Shown here: positions 1-10,962 of the stretch, one piece after another | Numbering within the stretch: the first letter of the stretch is position 1 | Layout: each line of letters opens with the position of its first letter | NCBI RefSeq assembly: GCF_001194135.2 | Contig: NC_068984.1 | Location: 139,780,252 to 139,820,384, forward strand | Direction of reading: 5' to 3' | DNA: 40,133 bases | Source of the DNA: Octopus bimaculoides | Taxonomy: Eukaryota | The notes under the pieces: model-generated | The model's input: only the letters and a program-made list of their open reading frames with translations | Databases searched by the model: none | Told to the model about the DNA's origin: nothing | Translations under genes and position numbers: made by a program

Positions 1-57
1 TGCATATATATATATATATACATATACATACACCCACACACAAACACACATACATAC

Positions 58-88
<31 letters not shown>
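1..88. repeat. Compound (TA)n/(CA)n microsatellite
   Basis: Seen directly. Confidence 0.95.
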
Positions 89-91
<3 letters not shown>

Positions 92-190
92 CCGCTCTAC
101 CGGTCATTCACTACAACATCTGTCTTTGTTCGGATTGTCTTTGCACAGGGGGGTCATCCGGACTCCCGCCTTTGCCGTGAGCAGGGATTA

Positions 191-335
191 ATACGACGAG
201 CTTCTTTCGGTTTTCGTCTACCAAATCCACTCACAAGACTTTGGTCGGCCCGAGGCTATAATAGATCACTCTTGCCCCAAATGCCCCTCAGTGGGACTGA
301 ACCTGGAACCATGTGGTTGAGAAGCACTTTGATAA
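191..335 (-). mobile_element. tRNA-derived SINE, family A (local label), fragment
   Basis: Reverse complement matches the copies at 15193 and 21251 (ggttccaggttcagtcccactg...ttggggcaagag...cctcgggccgaccaaagtcttgtgagtggatttggtagacg). Confidence 0.85.
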
Positions 336-692
336 CTTCATCTGCTTTACTTGCTATAGACGAGTTACTGAAAATTATATTCAACACCAAACGGTAGTAT
401 GTGTCAAATAGTCCAACACTCCGTACATTTAGTCGGTGCATTTCTTATGACGAAAAGTTGTAAAAATTACCGGAGGCAAGACAGCACGGTATTATATGAA
501 ACGTTGGCTGAACTTTGTCCTATCGACTTGTTCGAGGCAGCATCTGCAAAGCTGTGTAGAAAGCTGTTCATTTTTTGTCTTGTTATTAGGTAATTATTAC
601 TATTCTCGTTGTTGTTATTGTTAAACTAACCAGTAAAAACTGTACTCCCTTTTATTATTATTATTATTATTACTATTATCAACTGAGCTCCA

Positions 693-850
693 TTTCTAGT
701 TGTGTTTGTTGTAGACGTCAAAGTTAATCTCTCATCAGCAGTTTTGTCTTGAATGCAAACAAAACGACACAGCTTCTTTTCTAGTTTGTGTTTTTTGTAG
801 ATGTCAAAGTTAATCTCATATCAGCAATTTTGCCTTGAATGCAAACAAAA
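693..850. repeat. Two-copy tandem duplication, period about 85 bp
   Basis: ttctagttgtgtttgttgtagacgtcaaagttaatctctcatcagcagttttgtcttgaatgcaaacaaaac (about 693-765) recurs with few changes at about 779-851. Confidence 0.9.
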
Positions 851-1094
851 CCAAACGGAAACATTCCCCCTAAAAAATTTCACTTTTCTTGGTAGTGTTT
901 ATAATTTCTACTAAAATCACAAAGGAAATATATAACTTTTGAAATATAATCAACAAAGTAAAATCGAAACTCAGGAGTTACGCGTAAAATGTCTCGTCAG
1001 AACACGAAGCAGCATCAACGACGGTGATCATAACAAGAAACAAAAGCACATTAACAAATACACCAACAACAATAACAACAACAACAGCAATAAT

Positions 1095-1171
1095 AATTGT
1101 TTACAAAATTCTTTTAGCACGGGGCCAGAAATTTTAGGGCGAGATATCTACTCTATTACATCGATCTCAGT

Positions 1172-1202
<31 letters not shown>

Positions 1203-1205
1203 TTC

Positions 1206-1262
<57 letters not shown>
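1095..1262 (-). mobile_element. SINE family B 3' fragment, followed by a (CTT)n(ATT)n microsatellite
   Basis: 1095-1170 resembles 27905-27980 and, reversed, the tail at 19290-19325. 1170-1262 is pure triplet repeat. Confidence 0.6.
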
Positions 1263-1265
<3 letters not shown>

Positions 1266-2266
1266 GATGATTGGGGCTTTATTCAATAAAAACTGCTTAA
1301 TTATTTAATGTTTCGATAAGTACAGTGTCAAAAGTCATGTTTCCATTCCAAAACCAGCTCAGGTAGAAATAATTATGGACGGATAGCAAAGCACACAAAG
1401 AGGATGCGCAGAATATTGAAATGTATTGTGCATAAATATTCATCGAACTACAGCGGCAAAGGGGACAGCAGAACTAAATCATCATGTTGCCAAGCCTTAA
1501 ACAATGCCATTCGTTGTGTTCTCTATAAAACCGGATACAATGAGAAAATGACAAATGCTAAATATCTCTCCCTGCATCAAAATTGATAAGAAGAGAATAA
1601 AATGGTATCCACTCTAACAAAAGTTGTAAATGGTTTAATGAAGGAATGATGTTTTCACTGAGTAATAACTATTCGCTGTTTCTAGTACCGTGGACTTGTT
1701 TATTTCTGAAGACGTCTCAAAGAAACCTTCATCCCGAGCTGTTTGGACGCGGTCTTGGAGCATGGAGGAGACTTTGTAATATCTTGGTTCAGGCATACCA
1801 CGTTCTTCTATTTGTTCTACATGAGAGTTAAAGACAAGTATTATCTGAGTATTTCGGCTGAGCATGTTCATCCTATGATACATATACTATTAGTGTTCCT
1901 ATATATAAGAGCAAATTTCCAGGACGATTATGCGCCGATTCACACGCTTAATGTTATTCATATGTGTTACCAAGTACGGAAAAGTAAAGTAGATCCCAAT
2001 AATCAACAGTTCTCGAAATATTCGAGCGTTAATGGTGCATTTTAGAGCAGCAAGTGGCGAGACACTTTTCTCTAGTGTCGTTGCTGAAAGAACCAGCATA
2101 TTCAACTTGGAGAATGGCTGCGAATACTCTAAGAACTACCTACAACGTGTTTCAATCAATTGCTCCGTGTTAAATGTGTGATTGATGCCAAAGTTGAATG
2201 AACGCCGTATAACATAATACAAACTTACATTTAACGGTGTTTCCACTATTTTTGTCCAACCCTGTA
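1262..2266 (+). mobile_element. Decayed Tc1-like (DD34E-type) DNA transposon, 5'-truncated
   Basis: Frame-shifted transposase segments: KTA*LFNVSISTVSKVM, RTTAAKGTAELNHH, EHGGDFVISW (cf. KHGGGSVMIW), AEHVHPM, FQDDYAPIHT (cf. FQDDNAPIHT), AKVE*TPY. The right end ...ttttgtccaaccctgTA (2266) is a Tc1-type terminus with TA. No left TIR found. Confidence 0.9.
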
Positions 2267-2559
2267 TACATGTATTTGGTGTTCAGCGTTTTTGACCTTA
2301 TTAGAAATCCAAGATTTGTCGCTGAAAATTTCAGTTTTATATTATAAAATTCTCTTACTTGTCTTCTCTCTCTCTCTCTCTCTGCCCTAGACCCCGAGGT
2401 AAAAACTGCGTAGAGAGAGGCAGTTCTGGAAATGCTAATGAACTGTGACCTCGTTTTGAATGTGACTTAATGAATGTTAACAAGCATTTTCTAAGATACA
2501 TATAGGATTTAAGATCAAATTTTGTATGCCATAATATATTACATATTAGATATCTTATT

Positions 2560-2563
2560 TCTG

Positions 2564-2605
<42 letters not shown>

Positions 2606-2868
2606 TATATATAGATATGCGCTTACATACATACATAGACGTTTGCAGATAAACATATGTGTATCTACATACCAACGTTCACGAGTATACACACACACAC
2701 ATATATATATTATAAATGTGTGCGTGTGTGTGTGTGTATGTGCGTGTGTACGTCGTTACCATTTAGGTCGCGGAATAAATAGATAAATAAACTTTACATT
2801 ATGCTGTCTCACATATAATTCACTTTTCTCTGTTCGCATAAAAATATTACACTGCTTTTGTTTCATTC

Positions 2869-2915
<47 letters not shown>
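2560..2915. repeat. (TA)n, (CA)n, (TG)n and (TC)n microsatellite cluster
   Basis: Seen directly. Confidence 0.9.
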
Positions 2916-3439
2916 TTCTTTTCTCTCTCCGCTTTCTGATAACCTCTTTCTCCTCCTCACCTCTTCTCTCTGACTTTCTTCTACTTAAATCAATATTTCT
3001 CTTTTAACATAGTTTATTCTATCCATTTTCCATCTCAACCACATTTAATATATATCAATACGTGCCTTCTCTATCGTATTCTTATTATGGAACGCTATAT
3101 TCCCTCCAAATATTTCTTATGCACAATCGACGGCGTCATTTCAGCATATCGCCTCAACGCATGTTGTACTTTACACATAATCTTTCATTTTAACAGTTTA
3201 AAACTGAATATATGTTACTGATGCAAAACGCTAGAGTACCTAAACGATGCATCTTGCCTTTCTAAAATAGTAATAAAACATTCCTCAAACCACAACATAT
3301 CGTGATGAAAATATCAAAGGACATAGGAATATGTTGTGCTAGAAAATTCAAAAAGTAGCCCTGTAATGTATTATAGGATATGTTTATAGACTTCATCCCC
3401 AACACTGTTTTACGGCGATGTCTCTACAAATGTGAAGGC

Positions 3440-3650
3440 ACGAGGCCAATTGTCAGAATATTGTGGTAGCGGTGGCAAGATCATTGCTTCGATTCCTGGT
3501 CCGGGTAGGCGTTGTGTTCCTGAGCAAAATACGTCATTACAGGCTGTTCCATTTCACCTTGTTGTAAAGAAGTTAACCTACGATGAACTGGTTCGCTTTT
3601 CGGAATAATGTTGTAGTCTGTATCATTTATGTACTACGAAAACTGAGTAG
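3440..3650 (+). mobile_element. Old tRNA-headed SINE fragment (family C-like head)
   Basis: B-box-like gcttcgattcc followed by gcgttgtgttcctgagcaaaatac, similar to 12855-12890 and to the reverse of 30440-30490. Confidence 0.5.
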
Positions 3651-3698
3651 CCAACATTACCAGTCCTAATACTCGAGACTGTAATGTCCTGTGTTACC

Positions 3699-4018
3699 TT
3701 GTTGTTGTTGTTGGCACTCCGTCGCTTACGACGTCGAGGGTTCCAGTTGATCCGATCAACGGAACAGCCTGCTCGTGAAATTAACGTGCAAGTGGCTGAG
3801 CACTCCACAGACACGTGTACCCTTAACGTAGTTCTCGGGGATATTTAGCGTGACACAGAGTGTGACAAGGCTGACCCTTTGAATTACAGGCACAACAGAA
3901 ACAGGAAGAAAGAGTGAGAGAAAGTTGTGGTGAAAGAGTACAGCAGGGTTCGCCACCATCCCCTGCCGGAGCCTCGTGGAGTTTAGGTGTTTTCGCTCAA
4001 TAAACACTCACAACGTTC
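3699..4018 (-). mobile_element. SINE family C, 3' two-thirds with (CAA)n tail; head lost in the gap
   Basis: Reverse strand ends ...ccctcgacgtcgtaagcgacggagtgccaacaacaacaac and shares its body with the diverged plus-strand copy at 12796-13081. Confidence 0.8.
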
Positions 4019-4731
4019 NNNNNNNNNNNNNNNNNNNNNNNNNNNNNNNNNNNNNNNNNNNNNNNNNNNNNNNNNNNNNNNNNNNNNNNNNNNNNNNNNN
4101 NNNNNNNNNNNNNNNNNNNNNNNNNNNNNNNNNNNNNNNNNNNNNNNNNNNNNNNNNNNNNNNNNNNNNNNNNNNNNNNNNNNNNNNNNNNNNNNNNNNN
4201 NNNNNNNNNNNNNNNNNNNNNNNNNNNNNNNNNNNNNNNNNNNNNNNNNNNNNNNNNNNNNNNNNNNNNNNNNNNNNNNNNNNNNNNNNNNNNNNNNNNN
4301 NNNNNNNNNNNNNNNNNNNNNNNNNNNNNNNNNNNNNNNNNNNNNNNNNNNNNNNNNNNNNNNNNNNNNNNNNNNNNNNNNNNNNNNNNNNNNNNNNNNN
4401 NNNNNNNNNNNNNNNNNNNNNNNNNNNNNNNNNNNNNNNNNNNNNNNNNNNNNNNNNNNNNNNNNNNNNNNNNNNNNNNNNNNNNNNNNNNNNNNNNNNN
4501 NNNNNNNNNNNNNNNNNNNNNNNNNNNNNNNNNNNNNNNNNNNNNNNNNNNNNNNNNNNNNNNNNNNNNNNNNNNNNNNNNNNNNNNNNNNNNNNNNNNN
4601 NNNNNNNNNNNNNNNNNNNNNNNNNNNNNNNNNNNNNNNNNNNNNNNNNNNNNNNNNNNNNNNNNNNNNNNNNNNNNNNNNNNNNNNNNNNNNNNNNNNN
4701 NNNNNNNNNNNNNNNNNNNNNNNNNNNNNNN
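4019..4731. other. Assembly gap (N). Other gaps: 9368-9762, 15359-15406, 16192-16201, 16811-about 17725, 20768-20836, 39242-39335
   Basis: Runs of n. Most abut (TA)n or (GAA)n tracts. Confidence 1.
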
Positions 4732-5177
4732 ATATATATCATATCTCTCAAAATGTTCGTGAAAAGATGCTTTTCAACAACTGTGTACCCACTCTAAATA
4801 TCTATGAAGACATTGCTTATCACCTTTACTAATATTAGAGGTTAAGGTAAACTGGATACAGTAGTTTGTATATTTGACTCTTTTCTTGTCAGCTACAACG
4901 AATATCAAACTATTGTTGCGGAAATAGCGTTTAGTTTATGACTCTACTCTTATGAACGATAGAAAATATCGCTAGATTTAACAGCTAGTATTGAGTGTTA
5001 CGACAAATATAAAGTTTACGTTTGACAATTTACTCGTGCTTTCCACAAATATATTGTAAAGAACTACAACTAAAAGTTGAAGGTTATGAACTCAGTGAGA
5101 CATTAATAACTATGTGATATGAAGATAATAAAGGGATATTGATTGAAAATACAGAATGATAGAAATGAAGCGAACAT

Positions 5178-5436
5178 TATTTACGTTATTTACATTACTT
5201 ACATTTGACGGATATTTGTCCTCATCTTGTTTGTTGCTAACACGAAGTTTCGGCTGATATACACTCCAGTCTTCATCCGGTGTCTTGGGGAAATTTCGAA
5301 CGAGGGTTCTCATTCCTAAGGTATTTTTCGATATTATTATCATTATTATTATTATTCAGTTCACTGCCTGGAATTGAACTCGGAATCTTGGGGTTAGTAG
5401 CTCGCGCTCTTAACCACGACGCCATATAGAACTGTA
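5178..5436 (-). mobile_element. Complete short retroposon (family D): tRNA-like head, (AAT)n linker, hammerhead-like module and (AATGTAAAT)n tail
   Basis: Minus strand carries A-box TGGCGTCGTGG and B-box GTTCAATTCC at 5362-5424. The tail has about four aatgtaaat-like units. An identical 11-bp repeat gaagcgaacat flanks it at 5167-5177 and 5437-5447. Confidence 0.8.
5239..5284 (-). ncRNA. Degenerate minimal type I hammerhead ribozyme
   Basis: gacac-CGGATGA-a-gactgg(agtgtata)tcagcc-GAAAC-ttc-gtgtt. Stem I gacac/gtgtt and stem II are present. The core has U4>G and the stem III triplet departs from GUH. Confidence 0.55.
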
Positions 5437-5458
5437 GAAGCGAACATAGTTATTCATA

Positions 5459-5673
5459 TTAACGCTTTGTCTTTCCTGTGCTTCCTATGTGATAAACACG
5501 ACATATTTCCATGCTTCATATATGATACATATTCCCGATTTTTCCCATCACCGGAGTAACTTGGGGCTTCTATTACTCAGAAAGAATTGAATAATAGCTC
5601 AGTAAAACCCCAAAAGCAAGCATGGGCGTTTATCACAAACTTGTAGAAATGTTTTGTTCCGGCAAAGGGTTAA
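5459..5673. mobile_element. piggyBac-type MITE, about 215 bp
   Basis: TTAA-cgctttgtc at the left and ggcaaaggg-TTAA at the right: inverted ends with two mismatches, TTAA at both borders. Confidence 0.5.
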
Positions 5674-7373
5674 AGAGGATATGTGTGGGGAATGTATCAT
5701 CAATATTATCCCCCACGGCGATTTATCTTAATCCTCAAATGCCTCGATGGGGTGGCCATCGAAAAAACAATGGCAGTTAATTGCATAAACTTCTCCGACG
5801 ATTACTTTGAGAGACTCAAATTTGTTGCTACATTTAACACCATCTAAGATCACATCTAACGACAAGCTCTTCATCTGACTGAGATAGAATTGCTCTCCAG
5901 CAAAATCCACTTCTGACCAACAAATGAGCTCCTAATCCCTTCACACTCTGTCTCTCCCTCTTCTATGGATAGAACTTCGTTATCAGCTCCTCGAATCTAG
6001 CTGGACTCGTTCAAACCCCCTCCCACCACTCCTCAGCGATTCCGATACACGTTTCCCTCCACGTCTTTTCATATACACACTGTAGACACACTTTGACTTC
6101 TTGTCACCAAATGCAATTCTTCCTACCTTTATCATAAGCTTTCAGAAATCTCTTTCCTGTCTCGTTATGGCTGGCACTATCGACTTACAATTATTGCCAG
6201 GGTACATTAACAGCAATGATCTCACATATGTCGCTACTTGTATGATATCCACGAAAATGTTTCCTTCTGCAAGGTCGAATAATAACAAATAAAACATGAT
6301 TGAGTATGGTCATTCAGAAAAAACATATAACGTTTTAAGTTAAATATGCAATGGTTAAAAGTTGATGGCTATGGTTTCGGGTCCTATAATGCGACAATTT
6401 ATATCTTTTGTAGCACTCGTACATTAGCTATTTTTTCAACCACTAAAGTAACAAGGTACTAATGAAATGATAGCTTTGTAATACGCAGAATATATGAAGA
6501 AGGGCTAAGAGTGTGAAAACAAGCGTGGATGTTTAAAACAAACTTGAAAATGCGTTGGATAGGCAAAGGTTAGTTATAACTTAACGTCTACTGATTATAT
6601 CGACACCAGATGAACACAATGTAAAAAAGGTTCTAGGTGGAATTAGAACTTTGGTTATATAGAAATGTGTGTAAATACCTCAATATATTTCATCTCGCAC
6701 ACTTTAATATATGTCAATCTGTCATCAGAGTAAATAATTTTTTCTAACTTACGCTACAATCAGACATTTTCTAGAAGAAACTTCGTTGATTAAATCATCC
6801 CAATTCTTGACTGCTATTTGTACTCATCTATCTTGATAGCATTTTATTCTTCCTTATTACAAGTGTGTGGTACTGACTTAATATAATGAAACATATAGCT
6901 TGAGACTATGTCTACGAATTAACTTGCTGTGACAGAAAGTGGGGTCAATTAGATAAACAAATATTATTCAAATTGATGGTTATATTGATAGCTGCGTCAG
7001 CAAATAGTAGCCCGGCTATTTATTATTTCACTACTGTTCAATGCTCCTTCAAATGCCATGATATTTCCACGCCTATATTGATAATTAATATTCTGAAGAG
7101 TAATTCAATTAGAAGCGTAATATACTTCAGTCTATTTAATTAACAGCAATCCATCTTCCGTAAAACATAGCTTCGTGTGATTTTAAAAGACATCACCATT
7201 TTATATTGTCAGTGTCAAGATTGAATTCAAATATCATCCGCTTGATTTTCCTTATCATATCAATGTGACATATACACATCTTGTTCTTTTAGAACAAATC
7301 TTTACTAGCAGATCTATGTTAAAGGATTAGCAGCCGTTGCTGTGGTTTATACGAGGGGACACATTGTCTAATG

Positions 7374-7584
7374 CAGAGTTTTTCAAACTGTGGGTCCTGA
7401 CTCTTCAGTGGGTAGTTAGATAAATAAAATGGGTCGCGACAAACAAGAGGGAAATAAAAATAACCGCAAGTGGGTGCAAAGTGCTGAATATAAACCAGTG
7501 CTTTTTAAACTGTGAGTCCCGGCCCTTCAGTGGGTTGCGAGACAATTAAATTGGGTCGCGACAAAAAGGTATGAAAAACGCTTG
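7374..7584 (+). mobile_element. Two tandem hAT/Charlie-like MITE ends
   Basis: cagagtttttcaaactgtgggtcc...gggtcgcgac (7374-7440) and cagtgctttttaaactgtgagtcc...gggtcgcgacaaaaagg (7496-7570) resemble the CAGTGGTTCTCAAACT termini of Charlie-like elements. Confidence 0.6.
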
Positions 7585-8255
7585 CCTAATGTGTTCCTTT
7601 TTAAACCGAGAATCCTGTGATATTAGGGAAAATTCAGCTGCTCATCACTTCATCCAATCATGTTAGGCATCTACGTTAGGGCTTCAAGGTTGACGTGAAT
7701 AAATATCAGAAATACGTGTTGTTTCACTCTTTTTGTCGTTTCTTTACCAGAGCGTGGCATGATTTGAACGAAAATTCAGCCGTTCTTTAGTTTTTCTTTA
7801 CAAGTTGCGAAATCACTTTGGCACGGGTAAGTGCTAGGACTAGGTTGTGAATGATTTAATGGACAATATTTCTCACTGCAATTAGTTCTGTTTCGTGGTT
7901 ATATCATTTTGCGTCGTATTGGTAGAGTCACGTGCTAACTACTGTATTTCATCCTCAAAAAATAATACAAAAAAAATGTAAATTAATTCTCGGAAATAAC
8001 AATGAATAAACATTCACTTTCAAAGCAAATATTTGCATATAAATTCAATATGAAAACAAGATATACATGAATTGAAGACAAACATTAAGTATACATTTAT
8101 TGAAGGAGAGGCTAACAGGTGTGATGGATCATATTTACAGGAAAGAATCGATAATAGAGTAGCCTAGTTTATGGGCGCCCTTCCTAATGCGATTGCGTAT
8201 CCTACGCGCCTACGACAATGAGAAATATGACGTTCATATACGTGTATTTACGGGA

Positions 8256-8480
<225 letters not shown>

Positions 8481-9249
8481 CATACTGCTTTCGACTGGGA
8501 TGGCATCATCGCTTTGTACAAATTTACTAACGTTAAGTGCTTTCCGTTTGAGAGATATCTGCTGCGTCTATATTAGTCTTCCTCGATGTTGTTCTGACTG
8601 AAGTTTCCATCTTTACTCATGTTATGGCGGTGATGTATTTTGCAGAGCAATAAGTGATATTTCTGTTGCCTTCGTTACATAATTTCGGCGCCTTTTAAAA
8701 AGAAAATTCAGCATGGCTTATTTTTTTCATCCCTGAATGTTGTTGTGGGTGTAGAGATCTTCATTTGAAAATCTGATGGCTTCTACTCAATCATATTTGT
8801 AATAACTGGTAAAATCGCATCAATATTCACGTGAGCGAGAATCTATATTATTAAATGTTGTGTATATCAGATTTCATATATTTATATAATCGCTATTATG
8901 TTAAACTGTCTTATGTCCAAATTTGGTCAAAGGCATTTTATGCAATATTTATTTTTGCTTGCAATTGCTGTTTTTGTTTTAAGGGTCGTACAATGGTTTT
9001 ACTATGGAATAGTGAATCTATGTTTTCCTTTTCTGGAAAAAAATCTAACACGGTGCAAAGGATTCTATCCTATTACGGTGACGATGAAACCAAATATTAT
9101 CTTCTAGCACTCAGTCATTTACGGCGACGAGTGTTCCATGTGTATGCATATATACACACATATATATATATACACATACATATATATACATATATATAAA
9201 GATATATATATATACATATATATACATAAAAATATATAAATATATGTAC

Positions 9250-9284
<35 letters not shown>

Positions 9285-9762
9285 CATATATACATATATA
9301 TATACATATATGCATAAATATATACACATATATATATATATGCATATATACATATACATCTATATATNNNNNNNNNNNNNNNNNNNNNNNNNNNNNNNNN
9401 NNNNNNNNNNNNNNNNNNNNNNNNNNNNNNNNNNNNNNNNNNNNNNNNNNNNNNNNNNNNNNNNNNNNNNNNNNNNNNNNNNNNNNNNNNNNNNNNNNNN
9501 NNNNNNNNNNNNNNNNNNNNNNNNNNNNNNNNNNNNNNNNNNNNNNNNNNNNNNNNNNNNNNNNNNNNNNNNNNNNNNNNNNNNNNNNNNNNNNNNNNNN
9601 NNNNNNNNNNNNNNNNNNNNNNNNNNNNNNNNNNNNNNNNNNNNNNNNNNNNNNNNNNNNNNNNNNNNNNNNNNNNNNNNNNNNNNNNNNNNNNNNNNNN
9701 NNNNNNNNNNNNNNNNNNNNNNNNNNNNNNNNNNNNNNNNNNNNNNNNNNNNNNNNNNNNNN

Positions 9763-9865
9763 ACTGTATTTCTCATGACGAACGGAAATGTGACCCGTTC
9801 TTATTAGGTTATTTAAGACTGGCCCACTTACCTGTAATTTTGGATTTTGTCCCTAATAATATTAT

Positions 9866-9901
<36 letters not shown>

Positions 9902-10306
9902 AGGTTTGGAGATGATGTACAGGAATTATATTATAGAAAAAAAATAAGGTACTAAGAAATCTGGACAGACACACATAGCCCTGTAGTGTCTCGTATGCAG
10001 AGCTGTCGTCTGGTAGTACTTGCATCTACAAGTTACCTGCAATATTTCTGCTGAAGAACACATGTATTTCACTTGGAACAAAGAATGGCAAAGAAGAAAG
10101 CGAGGAAAAAAAGTTGAAAACCATTTAAACGCTTTCAAAGAAGGAACACTTGGTTGTGTCTATTTTGTTATACCGAAATCAGGAAAACTGTATTATTTAA
10201 GAATTTTATTGCTTGAAGTTCGAAACATACTTTTCCCTTTTGCCGCCGTGCATCAACATTTTCAACTTAGAGTTGTTATGACCCAATGGGTCATGGGCAC
10301 ATCTAG
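9763..10306 (+). mobile_element. Non-autonomous Helitron relic with intact 3' end
   Basis: Perfect 8-bp hairpin atgaccca-a-tgggtcat (10278-10294), 8 nt, then CTAG (10303-10306) followed by T. Contains a RepHel coding fragment. Confidence 0.8.
10020..10225 (+). pseudogene. Helitron Rep/helicase fragment
   Basis: YFTWNKEWQRRKRG...TLGCVYFVIPKSGKLYYLRILLLEVR matches the conserved RepHel linker motif (W..RKRG...IGR.Y.V.P..GE.YYLR.LL..V.G). Confidence 0.85.
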
Positions 10307-10678
10307 TATATATATATATATATATATATATAATGCAGCACATGCCTAATTCCGTTTTAAAGACATTCATACAATCGATAACACTCTACACCAGCATTAT
10401 ATTACTGTATTTCTCATGACGAACGGAAATGTGACCCGTTTTTATTAGGTTATTTAAGACTGGCCCACTATATCGACATATTCCTTGCCTCATATCATAT
10501 TCCGGATATTCCTGCATTAATTTCTTAGAATTTTACTATATTCATTACAGAGATAGTTAAGGAAAATATTCGCGAATCGTTAAGTTACAGGAGCGTAAAC
10601 AAGCCCAGACTGGTTATCAAACGTTGGTGATTGGTGAAGACAACACACACATGCGCGTACGCACACACACACACACAC

Positions 10679-10744
<66 letters not shown>

Positions 10745-10750
10745 TTGATT
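10307..10750 (+). mobile_element. Second Helitron-related non-autonomous copy, head-to-tail with the first
   Basis: 10404-10469 repeats 9763-9828 (65/66 identical). It starts in a TA run directly after the CTAG and ends in (CA)n(TA)n. Boundaries are approximate. Confidence 0.45.
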
Positions 10751-10962
10751 AATAAATTCAAAACAGGATAAAAATCTTTTACAAGAATTTTATCAGGAAG
10801 CCAGTGTGTAAAAAAATTCAGTGTGTAAAAAAAAAAAAATCATAAGGGAAATTTCTATTCCCAAGAATATAATTATTCGTTGATATTTATATAAGGGCAT
10901 TACTACAGAATAATGCCACAGAACAGACTTCCCAAATAAACACATTTTAGTACCGAATGCGA

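Noticed and set aside
3976-4832. Long ORFs of 247-426 aa here and at 16708-18029, 9244-9807 and 38976-39425
   Set aside because: They are read through N-gaps (X residues) and microsatellites; not genes.
5362-5424. Possible tRNA gene (anticodon ACT)
   Set aside because: A and B boxes are present but the acceptor and anticodon stems do not pair. It is the head of a retroposon with flanking direct repeats.
5720-6250. Higher-GC stretch with short ORFs, possibly a decayed LINE
   Set aside because: Only a vague WILLES motif; I could not assign a family.
6690-6735. Minus-strand CTGATGA...GAAA, and CTGATGA at 12779-12773
   Set aside because: Stems I and II do not pair in the first; there is no GAAA in the second.
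7751-7826. Plus-strand segment with a strong acceptor and GTAAGT donor
   Set aside because: All three frames contain stops; at most a non-coding exon, and nothing else supports it.
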